This document shows positions 24,104 through 36,776 of a DNA stretch of 64,000 bases, piece after piece. The stretch spans positions 372,001-436,000 of the forward strand of contig OZ287703.1 of NCBI GenBank assembly GCA_965649825.1, read 5' to 3'. Source of the stretch: Penicillus capitatus. Its lineage: Eukaryota; Plantae; Chlorophyta. Numbering within the stretch: position 1 is the first letter of the stretch; every line of letters starts with the position of its first letter. The notes beneath the pieces are model-generated. The model worked only from the letters and a program-made list of their open reading frames with translations. It did not search any database and was not told the DNA's origin. Position numbers and translations under genes: made by a program.

Positions 24104-24152
24104 AGCTATAAAAGACGTCGCATTTTCATTCTGCACTCTCTTGGATAGCTAG
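24012..24152 (+). pseudogene. Truncated 5' stub of the membrane-protein gene at 27826
   Basis: MQHKSSVSDRFLPTVPEVFTTQANSKRVLST versus MQRKASVTERLLPTVPEVLPTSTNSNGVLST; stops after 46 codons. Confidence 0.7.
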
Positions 24153-25276
24153 TCAAAGAGTCGTTCTTTACAAGTCGTGTCGTTGGCTCGAGATCTTTTT
24201 GAGACGCCTGTCTTGTATGAGCGTTGACGCGCACTGCTATATCACCTTTTTCCAAGATTGATAGATGGCGGTCTCAGTCGCGTCGCTCTACTGGTACTGA
24301 GTGGGATTCTACGGAAGGTCCGCTATTCGGTTGCTGACTCCACCAGGGATGCCGCTCTTGTTCTACGGGAACGTTTTAGCAGCAGTCGCGAGACCAATGA
24401 CGACCATAGAGAGAGCATTGCAGTCATAGACGGCGAACGAAAGAACAGTCTACGTGACAAAACACTTAGAGATCACGCCTTTTCAAAATCAGAAACTTCG
24501 CCTAACTTGTTCCGATTCCCAGGTTCATCCTTTTGTTGATCCCTACTCCGTCCTTCGGTTGTTAGCGTGACACTTGTGTTCAAGGATCTACTTGATTTGA
24601 CATCGCGCGGAGTTTGGCCGACAACGTGTTCTTATTCTTTCCTATGTTAGTCGTCATATCAGCTACACGCCGCTCCCAACACTTAATACTTATTCAAGAT
24701 CCATTTCTTGTCTCTCAGGCAACTCGGTCGTCGTCTCTGAGTTGGAAACCGGCGATATCCCTTGCGGTTTTTTCCGAGGAGTTCTTTTTGTTATTGCACC
24801 TGTTGATTGCTCTCCAAGGGCCTCTAAATCACTACGAGGCAGCGATTATCTCCCTCGTCAACGATGAGATTCTCTGTTCGTTAGATTTTCCTTTGCTAAT
24901 ATCTCATTTTAGGAATGGATGCGCATCGCAGAAGATCTCACCCCAGAACAACGCGTTTCCGAATGGATGATAGCTCCTATTGTACAAACAACATGCTGAT
25001 CTTGAAATTCTGCAAGTACTACCGTGCCAAATGGAGTTGCATTTCTCGGCATGCTATCAACAGGGAAGTCTGCCACAATCCGAATGGTTTCCTCTGAAAG
25101 CTGACAAACATCCACTGCTCTCTCGGAATAGTGTGACTGAGTATAATGTGTAGCCAATTCAACAGCATTCTGTTTGCTCTTGACCACGGATAACTCCTTT
25201 GCACTCATTTGTGCATTGGCCAACAGTCTTTCGACCAATTACTCAGCGCGCAAGAAATATAGTCTGCATTTAATCT

Positions 25277-27917
25277 TTCTATAGCGGTCACATCGCGTAT
25301 GGGAGCTGACACTGGTACTCAGAAAAAAGGTCACTTCAGTAGTTAAAGCACTGTCGCTCGCAGCCAACGTCAGAAACCCCCTTGTCAATGAAATAGTATT
25401 AATCACTTTGCCTTCCCATAGCCCATCTGTAGCTGTAAAAGAGCAGCGCAGTAATGATAACACCGTACATGAGATGCTCGAAACGGTCGGCTCTCACGAC
25501 CCCAATCTGAGCAGCCCGTTGTTCAAAATCTGCTTTGCGAAAAGTAAATCCTAAGTATGACGCGTCACCGCGTCTGATCTCTTCTCCATCAGTCGGTGTT
25601 GCCTGAGCTCCGTTCTGCAAAAGCCAATCAGAATCAGCAGGTTTGTCTTCTGCACTTGAAGATGTCACTTCGGAATGCTTGTCCGCGTCGTTCTCTCCAT
25701 CGGTCGAGCTTCTCTCTGCAGATGCTGCATCCGAATGTCCATCTGTCGTCGTCTCTTCTTCTCGTCCTTCTAACTTATCGGAGCTCTCGTCAATTGTACC
25801 GAATGTCTCCATCGACTCCTCGTCCTCATCCGTCGGCACTTCGGTGTCGCGGGAGTCCTCTTCTGCAGCGTCTGCATCGACTTCGGCGCTCGATTGCTGA
25901 AGGAAATCCTGCCCGGTATCTCCGATTGTCTCTTTCGTGACGGTAATAGCGTCTTTCTTGGGGTCTTCTCTCTGGATAGTGCGCACGGCGCGTTCCACTC
26001 TCAAGGGCAGTCTTCCCGCGTCGGGATCGTACCTATGTCGACGATCATGAGAGCTACGCGCCAATCGCAGGAGGCCTTACTCTGGATGGTTCTTGTGGAA
26101 TCTTGGATCGCCGCAGATTCCAGACGCCACAGCTTTCGGATTGCTGCAGTTCAGCAGTTCCATGCCTTGAAGCTCCTTCTCGAAAGGTTCGAAATCGCGG
26201 TGCCCTGCCTCGTGCAAGAGACGATAGAGTTCCAGATTCGGTCGGCGATAGAACTCCTTCAGCACGCTCTTTGCGTAGTTGACCATTACCGGATCTTCAT
26301 CTCTGTAGTGACCTACGTTAGACTTCTCCTTAGATTCCTTCATCATTAAATCCGTATAGGTCGGATGAAGGCCCAGGAACTCTCCAATTTCTTGCAAGAC
26401 CTCCAGAGGACGCTACAAGCAGAATGTTCCACACGATGAGACCCTTAATGACAGGTTACCGAGAAGAACTTGTTTGAATTGACGATCTTGAACTGAGATG
26501 GATCATGCAAGGTGAACCACCAGGCAAGTTGTGGACCATACATGCCACGCAACACGTGCTCCTTTCCGGCAAAATGGCATTTGTATGGGCCTTCGTCGCC
26601 AGTCAGAGTGACAAAAGGCCGAAGACTGCAGTTTCTTAATGCTTCCCCGACATGAAAAACACATCCCCAGCAGTCATTATAATCAAATTCGCCATCGCCT
26701 TAGAAAAAATGAATCAAAAGATGAGAAAGATGAGCAAAATGAAATACCTGTTTGAAAATTGCATCTTGGCTCTTGTCCCACCTCTTGCATTCCTTGTTGT
26801 ACGAGGCTCCAGAAACTTCGTGCCATCCAAGTCTTGTTTCCAGGTAAGGTATGCATGACATGAATAGTGTGTGTCAGCCCAGAATAGATACGACTGGTCG
26901 GGTCACGAAGAAAGACGACAAATTTTCCATGAGGGACGATGACTTTAGCTTTGCAGGCAGAGAACGGAACCTGTGCACAAAGTCATCAAGTGCATGGCAT
27001 CAAATGTCAAGAGCACACGCACCAGGAGATAGCTTGGACTGATCTCAAACAGACCGCCATTCTCTGGAGGCACAACAACGGTCGTGTTTGTTCCGTTCAC
27101 TGAAACGGTCTTCCATGGTCCTTTTTGATTTCTGTCCCAAGATTTCAGATAGGATATATAAGATTTGTTGCTGCCGGAACTCAGGTAGTGTAGCTCCTTC
27201 CAAGTGCCAATCATCTGGGGATGCGCACGCCAGCGGTCATAAAGTGTCGTCGTCCCTAATTGCCAAGACATAGATTTCGGAAGGGGGGACTCGTGTCTGA
27301 CCTACCTCCTTTTTGAGCACCGAGGCCTATGATTGTTGGCGGTGCCATTCCCTGAGTATCATTCTCTGGCAGCTTTCCAAATTTACAGCAGTTGGCGGAT
27401 TCGGGCGTGGCAGCGCCGAACTTCTCGGGGACGCGAAAGGAGTAGTCTATGATGACTTGCAGTCCATCGACGGCACAAAGGGCGAAAACGAAAAGAGAGA
27501 CGAACAGCGATGTCTTCTTCATCAGGACTACCAAACCGAAGTGCTGCTGCGCAGCAGCAGGCGTATTCTGTTTGATGGATTTGCGCCGACTGTATTGGCG
27601 CGATCGATCGACTCCTTTTGTCTTTGCTTGACTCGCGTCTTTTTTCGGATACAAAGAGATGATTTGTCGCCTCTTATTTAGAAAGTGTAACTCACAACGA
27701 GCGATCCATAATTGCTCAGCAGGTTAATCTGTTGGACGAAATTGTCGATGTGCACTCTGTGACATGTGCTGCTGTTGTTACATTAAATCATCGCTGAAAT
27801 TTCGAACTGTGAACTTTTCTACAAAATGCAACGCAAGGCATCCGTTACGGAGAGACTTCTGCCAACTGTACCCGAAGTCTTGCCGACGTCGACAAACTCG
27901 AATGGCGTCTTGTCGAC
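25277..27917. repeat. Tandem segmental duplication, copy B
   Basis: Direct repeat of 21463-24103. Confidence 0.9.
25399..27522 (-). CDS. PAPS-dependent sulfotransferase with signal peptide and C-terminal TM helix, copy B
   Basis: Contains IIGLGAQKGG|TTTL, KELHY and LRDPTSRIYS; same exon structure as copy A; frame intact. Confidence 0.85.
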
Positions 27918-28614
27918 TACCAATGCTCTCCATCTTGTCGACGGCGAGTGCGAAATCCAGGATTACGGCGAATCCGCAGCAAGAGACACAAACAACAGAT
28001 TCGCAGACGACAATGGCACTGGAGAGCGAGCGCCTACCGCAGATAACCCCGGTTCAAAAACGGATGAAATGAGTAAAGCGTGGCGAGAGCGGCAATGGAT
28101 TATTATTGTGTGGGCTCTGTTTTCCTCCATACTGATGATACTTATCATAGTATCTGATCACCTTTATACCGGTAAGCTTCGCTTTACAGATTGTCTCTAT
28201 TAACGTGCTTGTGTAGCGTACAAGATTTTTCTTTCCATTGGTCCTTCCGCTGGTTTCATCGCATCCATACTTTATTTCATTTCTTTGACGAAGGCTGGGA
28301 ATGGATGCTGTTGCGTCAAAAAAATTGCCACGATTGTTCTCATGCTCAGCGCTCTTGCCTTCGTCCTCGGCATCCCTAACGCGATTCTGTTATTTTGGAG
28401 CCTTAACAATTCAGAAGACAGCGTGGATACAGATACACGAAATGATTTACTATTATCCGCTGTCCTTCTCATGGGCATTCATGGAATTCTCAGCCTCGTG
28501 CCGTTCCGTAAGTGCACTAAGGTGCAGTCTTACGACCTTTCCAAGGAACAACTCAGTGCACGATGCCTCAGCTTTGAGAATCATGTATCAATTTCCGATA
28601 ACGTTGTTGTCTAA
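27826..28614 (+). CDS. Small multi-pass (about 4 TM) membrane protein
   Basis: Hydrophilic N-terminus, then hydrophobic helices WIIIVWALFSSILMILIIV, GFIASILYFISL, IATIVLMLSALAFVLGI and LLLSAVLLMGIHGILSL. One modelled intron at about 28171-28223. Confidence 0.6.
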
Positions 28615-28984
28615 ACTCGATACGAGGATAGGATCACCAACCAACATTCGTATCGTAATCTTAAGGGGACGTAAGTATTCCGTGTACATGGACTCTTCAA
28701 AACGGACGACACATTGTATGCATTTGCAGTATGTCGCATTAGATTCTGTTGACGAGGACAGTTTGCGAAGCATATTTGGACGGTGGACGGAAATCCATCT
28801 CAGAAAAGGTGTCCATTACAAATGAAAGCAAAATGCAGATACCATCGCATTCTCCAGCTGCATTCCCGTGGCATATATAATGTTCCCCGTAACGATTAAG
28901 GTTAACCCAACATCAAGTGACGTCCGTGACAGAAGTCGAGTATTACTGAATGCTGGCAAATACAGACAAGTACTATGGATGTCT

Positions 28985-29687
28985 TCACTGTTGTTGTGTG
29001 GACCATAAGAGGATGGAGAATTTGGTAAACAGGGAGAGTGAAACCAGGATGTGTGTCATGCACAGAATGACAGATGCTCCAACGAAGACATCCCGATTGA
29101 GAATTTCGTTATCTCGTCCATACTCGCCGTCGACAAACACGTAAAGCACCAAAAACAACCCACAGAACACTTGAGCACAGCTGAAGATCATCATCGACAG
29201 TATAACGATCGTGAGAGAGCGATTCGTTTTATTAAGATTGGGACGTGCCGACGTGAAAAATACAATCGTACCTAGAACAGACAGACAGAGGTCATTGTGC
29301 TCTATGTTAAGGGTGAGCGAACTGATGATGGACGGCAAGAACAGAATGACAATGAAATAGCTTGTCACAGGCCGGAGGATGACAATGGCCATAACAAGAA
29401 GTGGTATCGATATCCAACTCAATGCATAAGGCACGAGACTTAGGTATGTCTCTGTGTCTAGCGTTGTTACCACGCCACCATTGAAAAAGACCTAAGGCAA
29501 AGATAACGAAGCAGTTGGCGATCGGTGGGCCTTACAGAAGGTCGCGAAAATGCCGACACGTCATCGCCGTCCAGTTCTCGCGCGGGACGCTCGTCTTCTG
29601 GTCGATGACGATGGTTGACATAGGAGAGACGACAAACGAGAGCGCACTTCGAGATTTGTGGTAGTTTGGCAACAGAGGAGCTTCCAT
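28985..29687 (-). CDS. Small multi-pass membrane protein, probable distant paralog of 27826-28614
   Basis: ORF 28985-29473 is strongly hydrophobic. Two upstream GT-AG introns link it to a start MEAPLLP at 29687. Confidence 0.55.
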
Positions 29688-29885
29688 TCAGAAATTCGCC
29701 TCGCAAGAAAGATGTGTCTCAGGACGTTCGTTTCAAATAACACCGCGCGTCTCGTAATAAAATGGATTACATTGATCGGATAACTATTCAAACCCTTCCT
29801 TTCTCTTTCCTCCCTGCCGTCATGACTTGTCAGATATATGACGGTTAGTGACGACGATGACATGTCTCATGGCACGCTGCCATCA

Positions 29886-32575
29886 TCAGCTGCTGCAGGC
29901 AACACACTCCTCTTTGTTATCGACAGAGCAGATTCTTTTGAGCGCTTGCTGATCCACGGTAAACTTGATGGCATCGGCAGCGGCACGGGTTCTGAGATAG
30001 TACATTCCAGTCTTCAGTCCTTTCTTCCAGGCGTAGAAGTGAAGGGATGTGATTTTCTGGAAATTGGGCTCGCTCATGTGAACGTTGAAGCTCTGGCTTT
30101 GGTCGATGAAGGCACCACGATCGACAGCCATATCCACCAACACACGTTGCTTGATCTCCCATACCGTCTTGTACAGATCTTTCAGGTTTTGGGGAAGCTG
30201 CAGATTGGCAACGCTGCCATTCTCGGCAATCAAGGCATTCTTAATGGCTGGCGTCCAGTAGCCGAGACGAACGAGATCTGACAATAGGTGCTGATTGACT
30301 ACGGTAAACTCGCCAGAGAGCACACGACGGACATAGATGTTGGAAGTATACGGCTCAAAGCACTCATTGTTGCCAAGAATCTGCGATGTCGATGCCGTCG
30401 GCATAGGAGCGACGAGAAGCGAGTTGCGCACACCGTATTGGGCAATGTCCGATCGGAGGACATCCCAATCCCATAATCCCGAATCTGGAACGACGCCCCA
30501 CATGTCGAACTGTAAGATGCCTTTGCTGACTGGACTGCCATCGTAGCTCTTATAGGGACCATGCGTCTTGGCAAGATCACAAGATGCCTTCAGAGCGGCA
30601 TAGTATATGGTTTCGAAGATGTGTTTGTTCAGCTGTGCCGCCTCTGGTGAATCGAAGGGGTATCCCAGGAGCAGAAAGGTATCTGCCAATCCCTGTACTC
30701 CAATGCCGACGGGGCGATGATTCATGTTGGACTTTTTGGCGATGTCCAGCGGATAGAAACTGACATCGATGACACGATTGAGATTCCTGGCAACGGTCTC
30801 CGTCACTTCTGCTAATCGCTTGAAATCGAAATAACGCTCGGCAGCATCTAGACTTCCGACCAGCTTCCTTCTCTCCTTGCCTCTCTCTGTGTTCTTCTCA
30901 CGCACAAATCGCGGCAGTGCAATCGATGCCAAATTGCACACGGCCACTTCGTCTGGTGCCGTGTATTCCACGATCTCTGTACAGAGGTTGGAGCATTTGA
31001 TCGTTCCTAGGTTCTGTTGATTGGATTTTCTGTTGCAGGTGTCTTTGTAGAGCATATACGGAGTGCCCGTTTCGACCTGAGCTTCCAAAATGGCAAACCA
31101 AAGCTGCTGTGCTGCGATGATGCGCCTGGCACGTCCATCTTTTTCGTATCGCTCATACAGTGCTTCAAATTCTTCGCCCCATACATTCTCTAACCCAGGC
31201 GCCTCGTTTGGGCAAAAAAGACTCCACTGTTCGTTATTCTCCACGCGCTTCATGAAAAGATCATTGACCCACAGACCATAGAACAGGTCGCGTGCACGTG
31301 CCTCCTCCTTTCCATGATTCTTGCGGAGATCAAGGAAATCGAAGATGTCTGCATGCCATGGCTCCAAGTAGATAGCAAAGGCTCCCTTTCTCTTGCCGCC
31401 GCCCTGATCGACATAACGCGCCGTATCATTGTAGACACGTAGCATCGGCAGTATCCCATTGGACTTCCCTGCACACCCAGATCCTTCATTGTGTGGTGTC
31501 CTTGTGTGATGGAGCTCCTACCGTTGGTGCCACGGATGTAGCTTCCGGTGGCACGGATGCAATGAATACCAACGCCGATGCCCCCTGCGGATTTGGAGAT
31601 GCATGCACAGTTCTTCAGTGTGTCATAAATCCCTTCAATTGAGTCGCTCTCCATGCAGATCAAGAAACAGGAGGAGAGCTGTGGGCGTCCAGTGCCGGAA
31701 TTGAACAGTGTCGGCGATGCATGCGTGAACCATTTCTCCGAGAGGAGATGGTATGTCTCGATGGCTGCATCAATGTCTTCTTGATGAATACCGACAGCAA
31801 CGCGCATGAGCATATGCTGAGGACGCTCCACAACCTTCGAATTCATGCGTAAGAGATACGAACGTTCCAAAGTCTACACACAGCAAAGAGGACTCTTAGA
31901 GGCAGTGCTTCCTTTTGTGGAAACCCTACTTTAAATCCAAAGTAGTCGTAGTCAAAGTCTCTATCGTATATAATCTCGCTGTCCAGTCTATCCGCATTCT
32001 GTCATCACACATCGCTTTTGAGGAGTGCGACGATCGTAAGTTACGTACGTCCATGATAATCTGATAGATCTTAGAGTCGATGAGCGGCGCCGCTTCACCG
32101 TTCACCGAGTTTTTGTGCTGGTACATACGCTTGATCCTAGATGACACTTTCAGGACAGAAAAGAATGACAGGCTGATGTGACGTTTCTGAGAAGGATTTG
32201 ATCGTGTTCTTCTGAAGATTTGAGACAGCAATACGCGCAGCCAACTGTGATGTGACCGTCGATAGATAGGCATTCCCTCGAGGTGTCGGTGCTTACCACA
32301 GCATAGTCTGGATGCATCGGTGTCATAGAGGCTGCCGTTTCGGCGGCCAACTCATCGAGTTCAGACGTCGTCACACCACGATAGACGCCAGCCGTGACCT
32401 TCTGCGCTACGACCGCCTATGACCACACCTCTTCCGATCTGGAACTCCGTCAACCCGCGTCGCTGACCGGATCACAGAATTCCGGATTCAGTCCATAACT
32501 CAGTTTGGTAATGCGGGCCGTGATCTTGTCGAAGAAGACCGGTTCCTTGCGACCGTCGCGTTTGATGACGTACAT
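29886..32575 (-). CDS. RNR1: Ribonucleoside-diphosphate reductase large subunit (class Ia)
   Basis: ATP cone MYVIKRDGR; HASPTLFN; QLSSCF; SNLCTEI; CNLAS; [13 protein letters not shown]; KTGMYYLR; C-terminal CVACSS; plant-like insertion [15 protein letters not shown]. Six exons. Confidence 0.97.
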
Positions 32576-33196
32576 CTTCGATCCGCGTCGTCGTCGTCAA
32601 CCTAAAGCCGCGCGACACATCTCATCGTCGAACCTCAGGCGTGACGACGAAGTTATCCACGTCGCGTTGTGTGAGGCCAGTGTCAAAACGCAACGTCGCC
32701 GAAAAAGGGCGCTAGGTCGAGTGTGTCGAGACGTGATCTGTGGCACGTGTACGTCGATAGACCGCGTTCGATTTCAATCGTCGCACCCGGTGACTCTACC
32801 TCGCGTTCGCGCGTACCTTTGGCGTTATGCTCGCGGGTCTGAAGAAAGCAAGAGGCGGAGACAGAAACGGCGGCAAGATAATGAAATGGGTCGCGAAATG
32901 TTTGACATTTCATCAGACGTCCCGTCAAAGAAGCGTCCCGAACGCGACCAAATCTTACATTGTGTATCGCGTCCCCTATCTCTCTGTGTTCGACTGTCCG
33001 ACAAAAAAGCACCCATCAACGAAAGACCGTTCGTTCAAGCACACCGAGTAAGAGAGACCGACGCGTGTCAACACGACGGCGTAATGTAACATACCACTTG
33101 TGCCATGTGTCTTCGTTCCGCAAGACGATGCGACATGACGCCAACTGATGTGCGGTGGAGTGTTAGTTTGACACAGTCTGTGGTTTTCTAGTCCTC

Positions 33197-35352
33197 ATGG
33201 GCAACAAACAACCAAAAGCTGCGGCGTCAGAGTCGCCCACTACTAAGGGAGGAACGCCGCCGAAGGTCTCACCTGAACAGGAGACGGGCCCCAAAGCAGA
33301 GAGCTCGTTGTCATCGGATAACAGTCCCTCCCTTCCTGCTTATGACCCAGAAAAGGAAGAGACGAAAGGACCTGAACTCTCAAGCGGCAGGAACAGAGGA
33401 ATGGACGTTGCCTTGTATAATGAACTCAAACAGGAGGAAGCCAAAGAGGCCGAACAAGAGGAGACAGTGACGCCTCCTGTTCCGGTGGCTGATGATGTCG
33501 CCAAAGAAGATTTGAAAGAGGAACCTGTGGAAGAAGATTCAAAGGAAGCATTGGTCGAGGAGACTTCTAAGGAAGAACCTGTTGAAGACGACAAGGCTGA
33601 AGAGGAAGAGCATCCAAAAGATGAGGCTCAGGAAGAGAAGAAAGAACCTGATGTGACGTTAGCAGCAAACGAAGCTAGTCAGAAGGTGGTGATGCCTCCA
33701 TTGGCGCTTGACAAAATCGATCAAACACCTCCAGTGCAGGCAGAACCTGAAGAGGTCGTTTGAAACGTATGTCTGTTATCTCTTGAGTTTTCTATGCGAT
33801 ACAGGATGATCCAGACCTGATGGCACCGCCTGTGGTCTTGACAGATGCCATGAGTTCACTGAAAGACACAGACATTGGTCCAGGAGCAGAGACGTCAGCT
33901 AAGAAATTAGCAGCGGAGACGTCAGATGCCGTCATGTTGGCATCGCCGATCACACATCACGAAGTGTCATTGGTTGAGCCTGTGCCAGTGACAACGATGG
34001 TAGAGGCGCCGCCAGAGAGAGACAGCATATCCATAGAAGACAGTGTTTCGGCAGCCGATGCGGATGCTTTGTCGAATCCGGATGGCATTGCCGAACCGAG
34101 TACGTTGACATTGGAGCCCAGAACACTGAACGATGTTCCGGAGGACTCGATTTCTTTGACCAGCAGTGCTGCCAGAGGAGAGGACGAGATGCTCATGAAC
34201 ATCATGGGCACCAGCACCGCCTTTCCGGCAGCGACGTCGAATGAATCCGTCCGTGGCAGTGTTGCCGTTTCGGAGATGACTTTTGACGAATCGCAGTGGG
34301 AGACGACGCAGAACGTAGAGATGACACCCCAGGCATCCACCGAACTTAACGATTTCCCATCCATGCTGCATGTCTGCTTCAGCGTCAAGGCAGACGCCTC
34401 CGTTGCCGTGCGCTTCACATACGGAGAGCTGCCAGAGGAAGAGGTCGTGGAGGAAGAAAATATATCACAAATAGTCGCCACAACAGTTGATATGATTTTC
34501 CAAAATATCGTCCAACTGGCCAAGGCCGAAGAAACGAGACACAAGGAAAAGGCACCCGAGATCGAACAAGTGCCGGAGACGCAGCCCATCGTCGAAACGC
34601 AGAAAGAAGAGAGCACCTCCGAGAAACCTCCAAACGAAGAGCTTCCCCTTCCCGCGGCCGAAATCATCGAAACAGATGTTTCTCTGCCTCGGAATGTGGA
34701 GGAGCCAATTGTGAGAATGAAGATGGAAGAGATAGGTGGTACCATAAAAGTGCGTTTCTTCCACAGCGGCGAAGAGATGTCTCTGCAGAAGTATCCATCT
34801 CGTGTATCGGACAATCAGTCAAGCGTCGTCCTCAAGACTCCATTCACAGACATAATTTCGGAATCACAAGATTTGAGTGGGACACTAGACAATGTTCCGG
34901 AGCTCGATACAGAACAGCTCAAAGTGGAAGCTGATAAGACTTGTGAAAAACCAGAAGAGACAGTCGAGACGGCTCTGCAAGAAGCGGCGGATCTTGCTGT
35001 CGAAGTGGAACAGACTCTAGAGACGAAGTTAGAGGACGCTGATGCCTCTGCTAAAGAGACCTTGTCACCGAGTACATCGGGCGATGCCAAGAAGCCGAAG
35101 AAAACGAAGAGTCGGAAAAAGAAGAGCTTATCGGGCGAATTGGGCACAAGACAATCGCCCGGACTTCGCTCATCCTTATCAGGTGCGCGTGCATCTCCAG
35201 ATCCCGAAGGCAATACGAGAGCATCTGTGATAAATGTAGATGGGACCGCTTCTGTTGACAGCACAGGTGCCCCTGCTGCCAAACCGAAGCCGCAAGCAGG
35301 AAGAAGCGCGAAAGGCCGCGGCCGCGGTCGAGGGAGGACACAGGCCAAGTAG
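33197..35352 (+). CDS. Acidic, low-complexity hypothetical protein (about 700 aa, 2 exons)
   Basis: Two long Glu/Pro/Thr-rich ORFs joined by a GT-AG intron near 33757-33806; N-terminal MGNKQ; basic RG-rich C-terminus. Confidence 0.7.
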
Positions 35353-35945
35353 TCGATTCTCTGCCTTCATAGTGTCACGTAGCCGCCTTATGAAATGAAC
35401 ACGTTTTCCATTTTTCGCTGACCTGGCTCAACTGAGTGCGAATCACTCAATGGTCAAGGATACGGCAGTTGTCAGTCTTCATCATCGCACCCTCCAAAAG
35501 AGTGGAAGTTTTGTTGATCGACCCGAAGAGCCTGATGCGCGATGCCTCTCTATGGAGCGCATCGAATCGTTGGGGAATGCGGTGACACCTGGGATGTAAG
35601 CATCCACTCAAACGAGACAGTGAGTGAGATCTAGAAATCTCTCTTATCGACTTTGAGACAGATATGCTCGGGATCGTTCGATTTATTACAGCATGATTGT
35701 TCCGATCGTTCGTTCTTATGTAGAGAAGACTAACGCGTCGCAGAGTGTTAGGCTCATTCTATTCCAGACGAGACGTACGTGAGCGATTCCGATTTCGGCA
35801 GGGCAGTGTTTAGAAGATGTCGGTGTCTGTCTGTTGGATGCAGAGATGACGACCTTGCTGTCGACTGCCCCTATCCGCTGCTTTCACAGATAGCCCTAAT
35901 CATGTGCAGGACATAACGTTGGGCGGTGCTGCACGACAGCGGGTA

Positions 35946-36640
35946 TTATTTTCTACTGAATCTCAAAAACCTGTTCGCCGTCCATATGATCTCACACTTC
36001 TGCGGCTTCGAATAAGGTTGGATGGGATGGTAGAGGCCCGTCCATTCGATAGAGGAAGGGTGAGGTTTTCTTGTTCCTTGGCCAGAAGCAAGAGAAGATA
36101 ATCTGTTGCCAGACAGACTGCAGAGAGCCGTCTCGCAGGCGCAGAACACACATGCTCGTCATATGTGTCAAAGCAATCAAGCGCCGCCTGTCGACACACG
36201 CACCAGATGTCCGTTTGAAGACTTGGAACTCCGCGCCGCAAATGCATGATGGAAGAGATCTTCAGATCTGCTCCTTTTAGTTGCTGCCTCGCCATGACAT
36301 CATTTCTCGCACCAGTTTTACCTAGAGAAGGGAATCCAGTGCATGCTTCGCGCAGACTTCATACTGTGTAAGGCATCCAGGAGAACTTCAAGTGAACTAC
36401 TACTTTGTTGTCTGCTGTCCCGGACATTCATATCATTCCAGTGCACGCTACACAGTGGGCCAATTAGATAGAGGAACACCGTTCGTTCCACTCTCGGGAC
36501 TCTACATATCAAATCTTGAGACAGCCTCAGAAAAGATACCACCTTTGCACTACAGAGCCATTCATGACCCGCAGGGAACATCCAAAAATCCTCTCCGGAC
36601 GATACCGTATGGCACCCCGCGATCACTAGAGTCCGCATTC
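35946..36640 (-). CDS. Possible spliced hypothetical protein
   Basis: A GT-AG intron (gtatgaag...ctctag) joins LEVLLDALH to SKTGARNDVMARQQLKG in frame. No family recognised; both ends uncertain. Confidence 0.25.
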
Positions 36641-36776
36641 TACTGTTCTCGCTTGAGAGAGGCAGATGTCCATCGGATGGGATCCAAAAATAGAATAGGG
36701 CGTGTCGGATATAGAGGTGCATTATCTAGGAAGCATCCACATCAAGCACCATCCGTCGCTACGGCCATTCGGTTCG

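Noticed and set aside
29886-32575. RNR1 as a sign of an endogenous giant virus
   Set aside because: It has five spliceosomal introns, a plant-like insertion and ordinary host neighbours.
22072-34814. Long antisense ORFs (e.g. 22072-22620 +, 25894-26349 +, 33957-34814 -)
   Set aside because: They are shadows of real genes on the opposite strand, with no motifs of their own.
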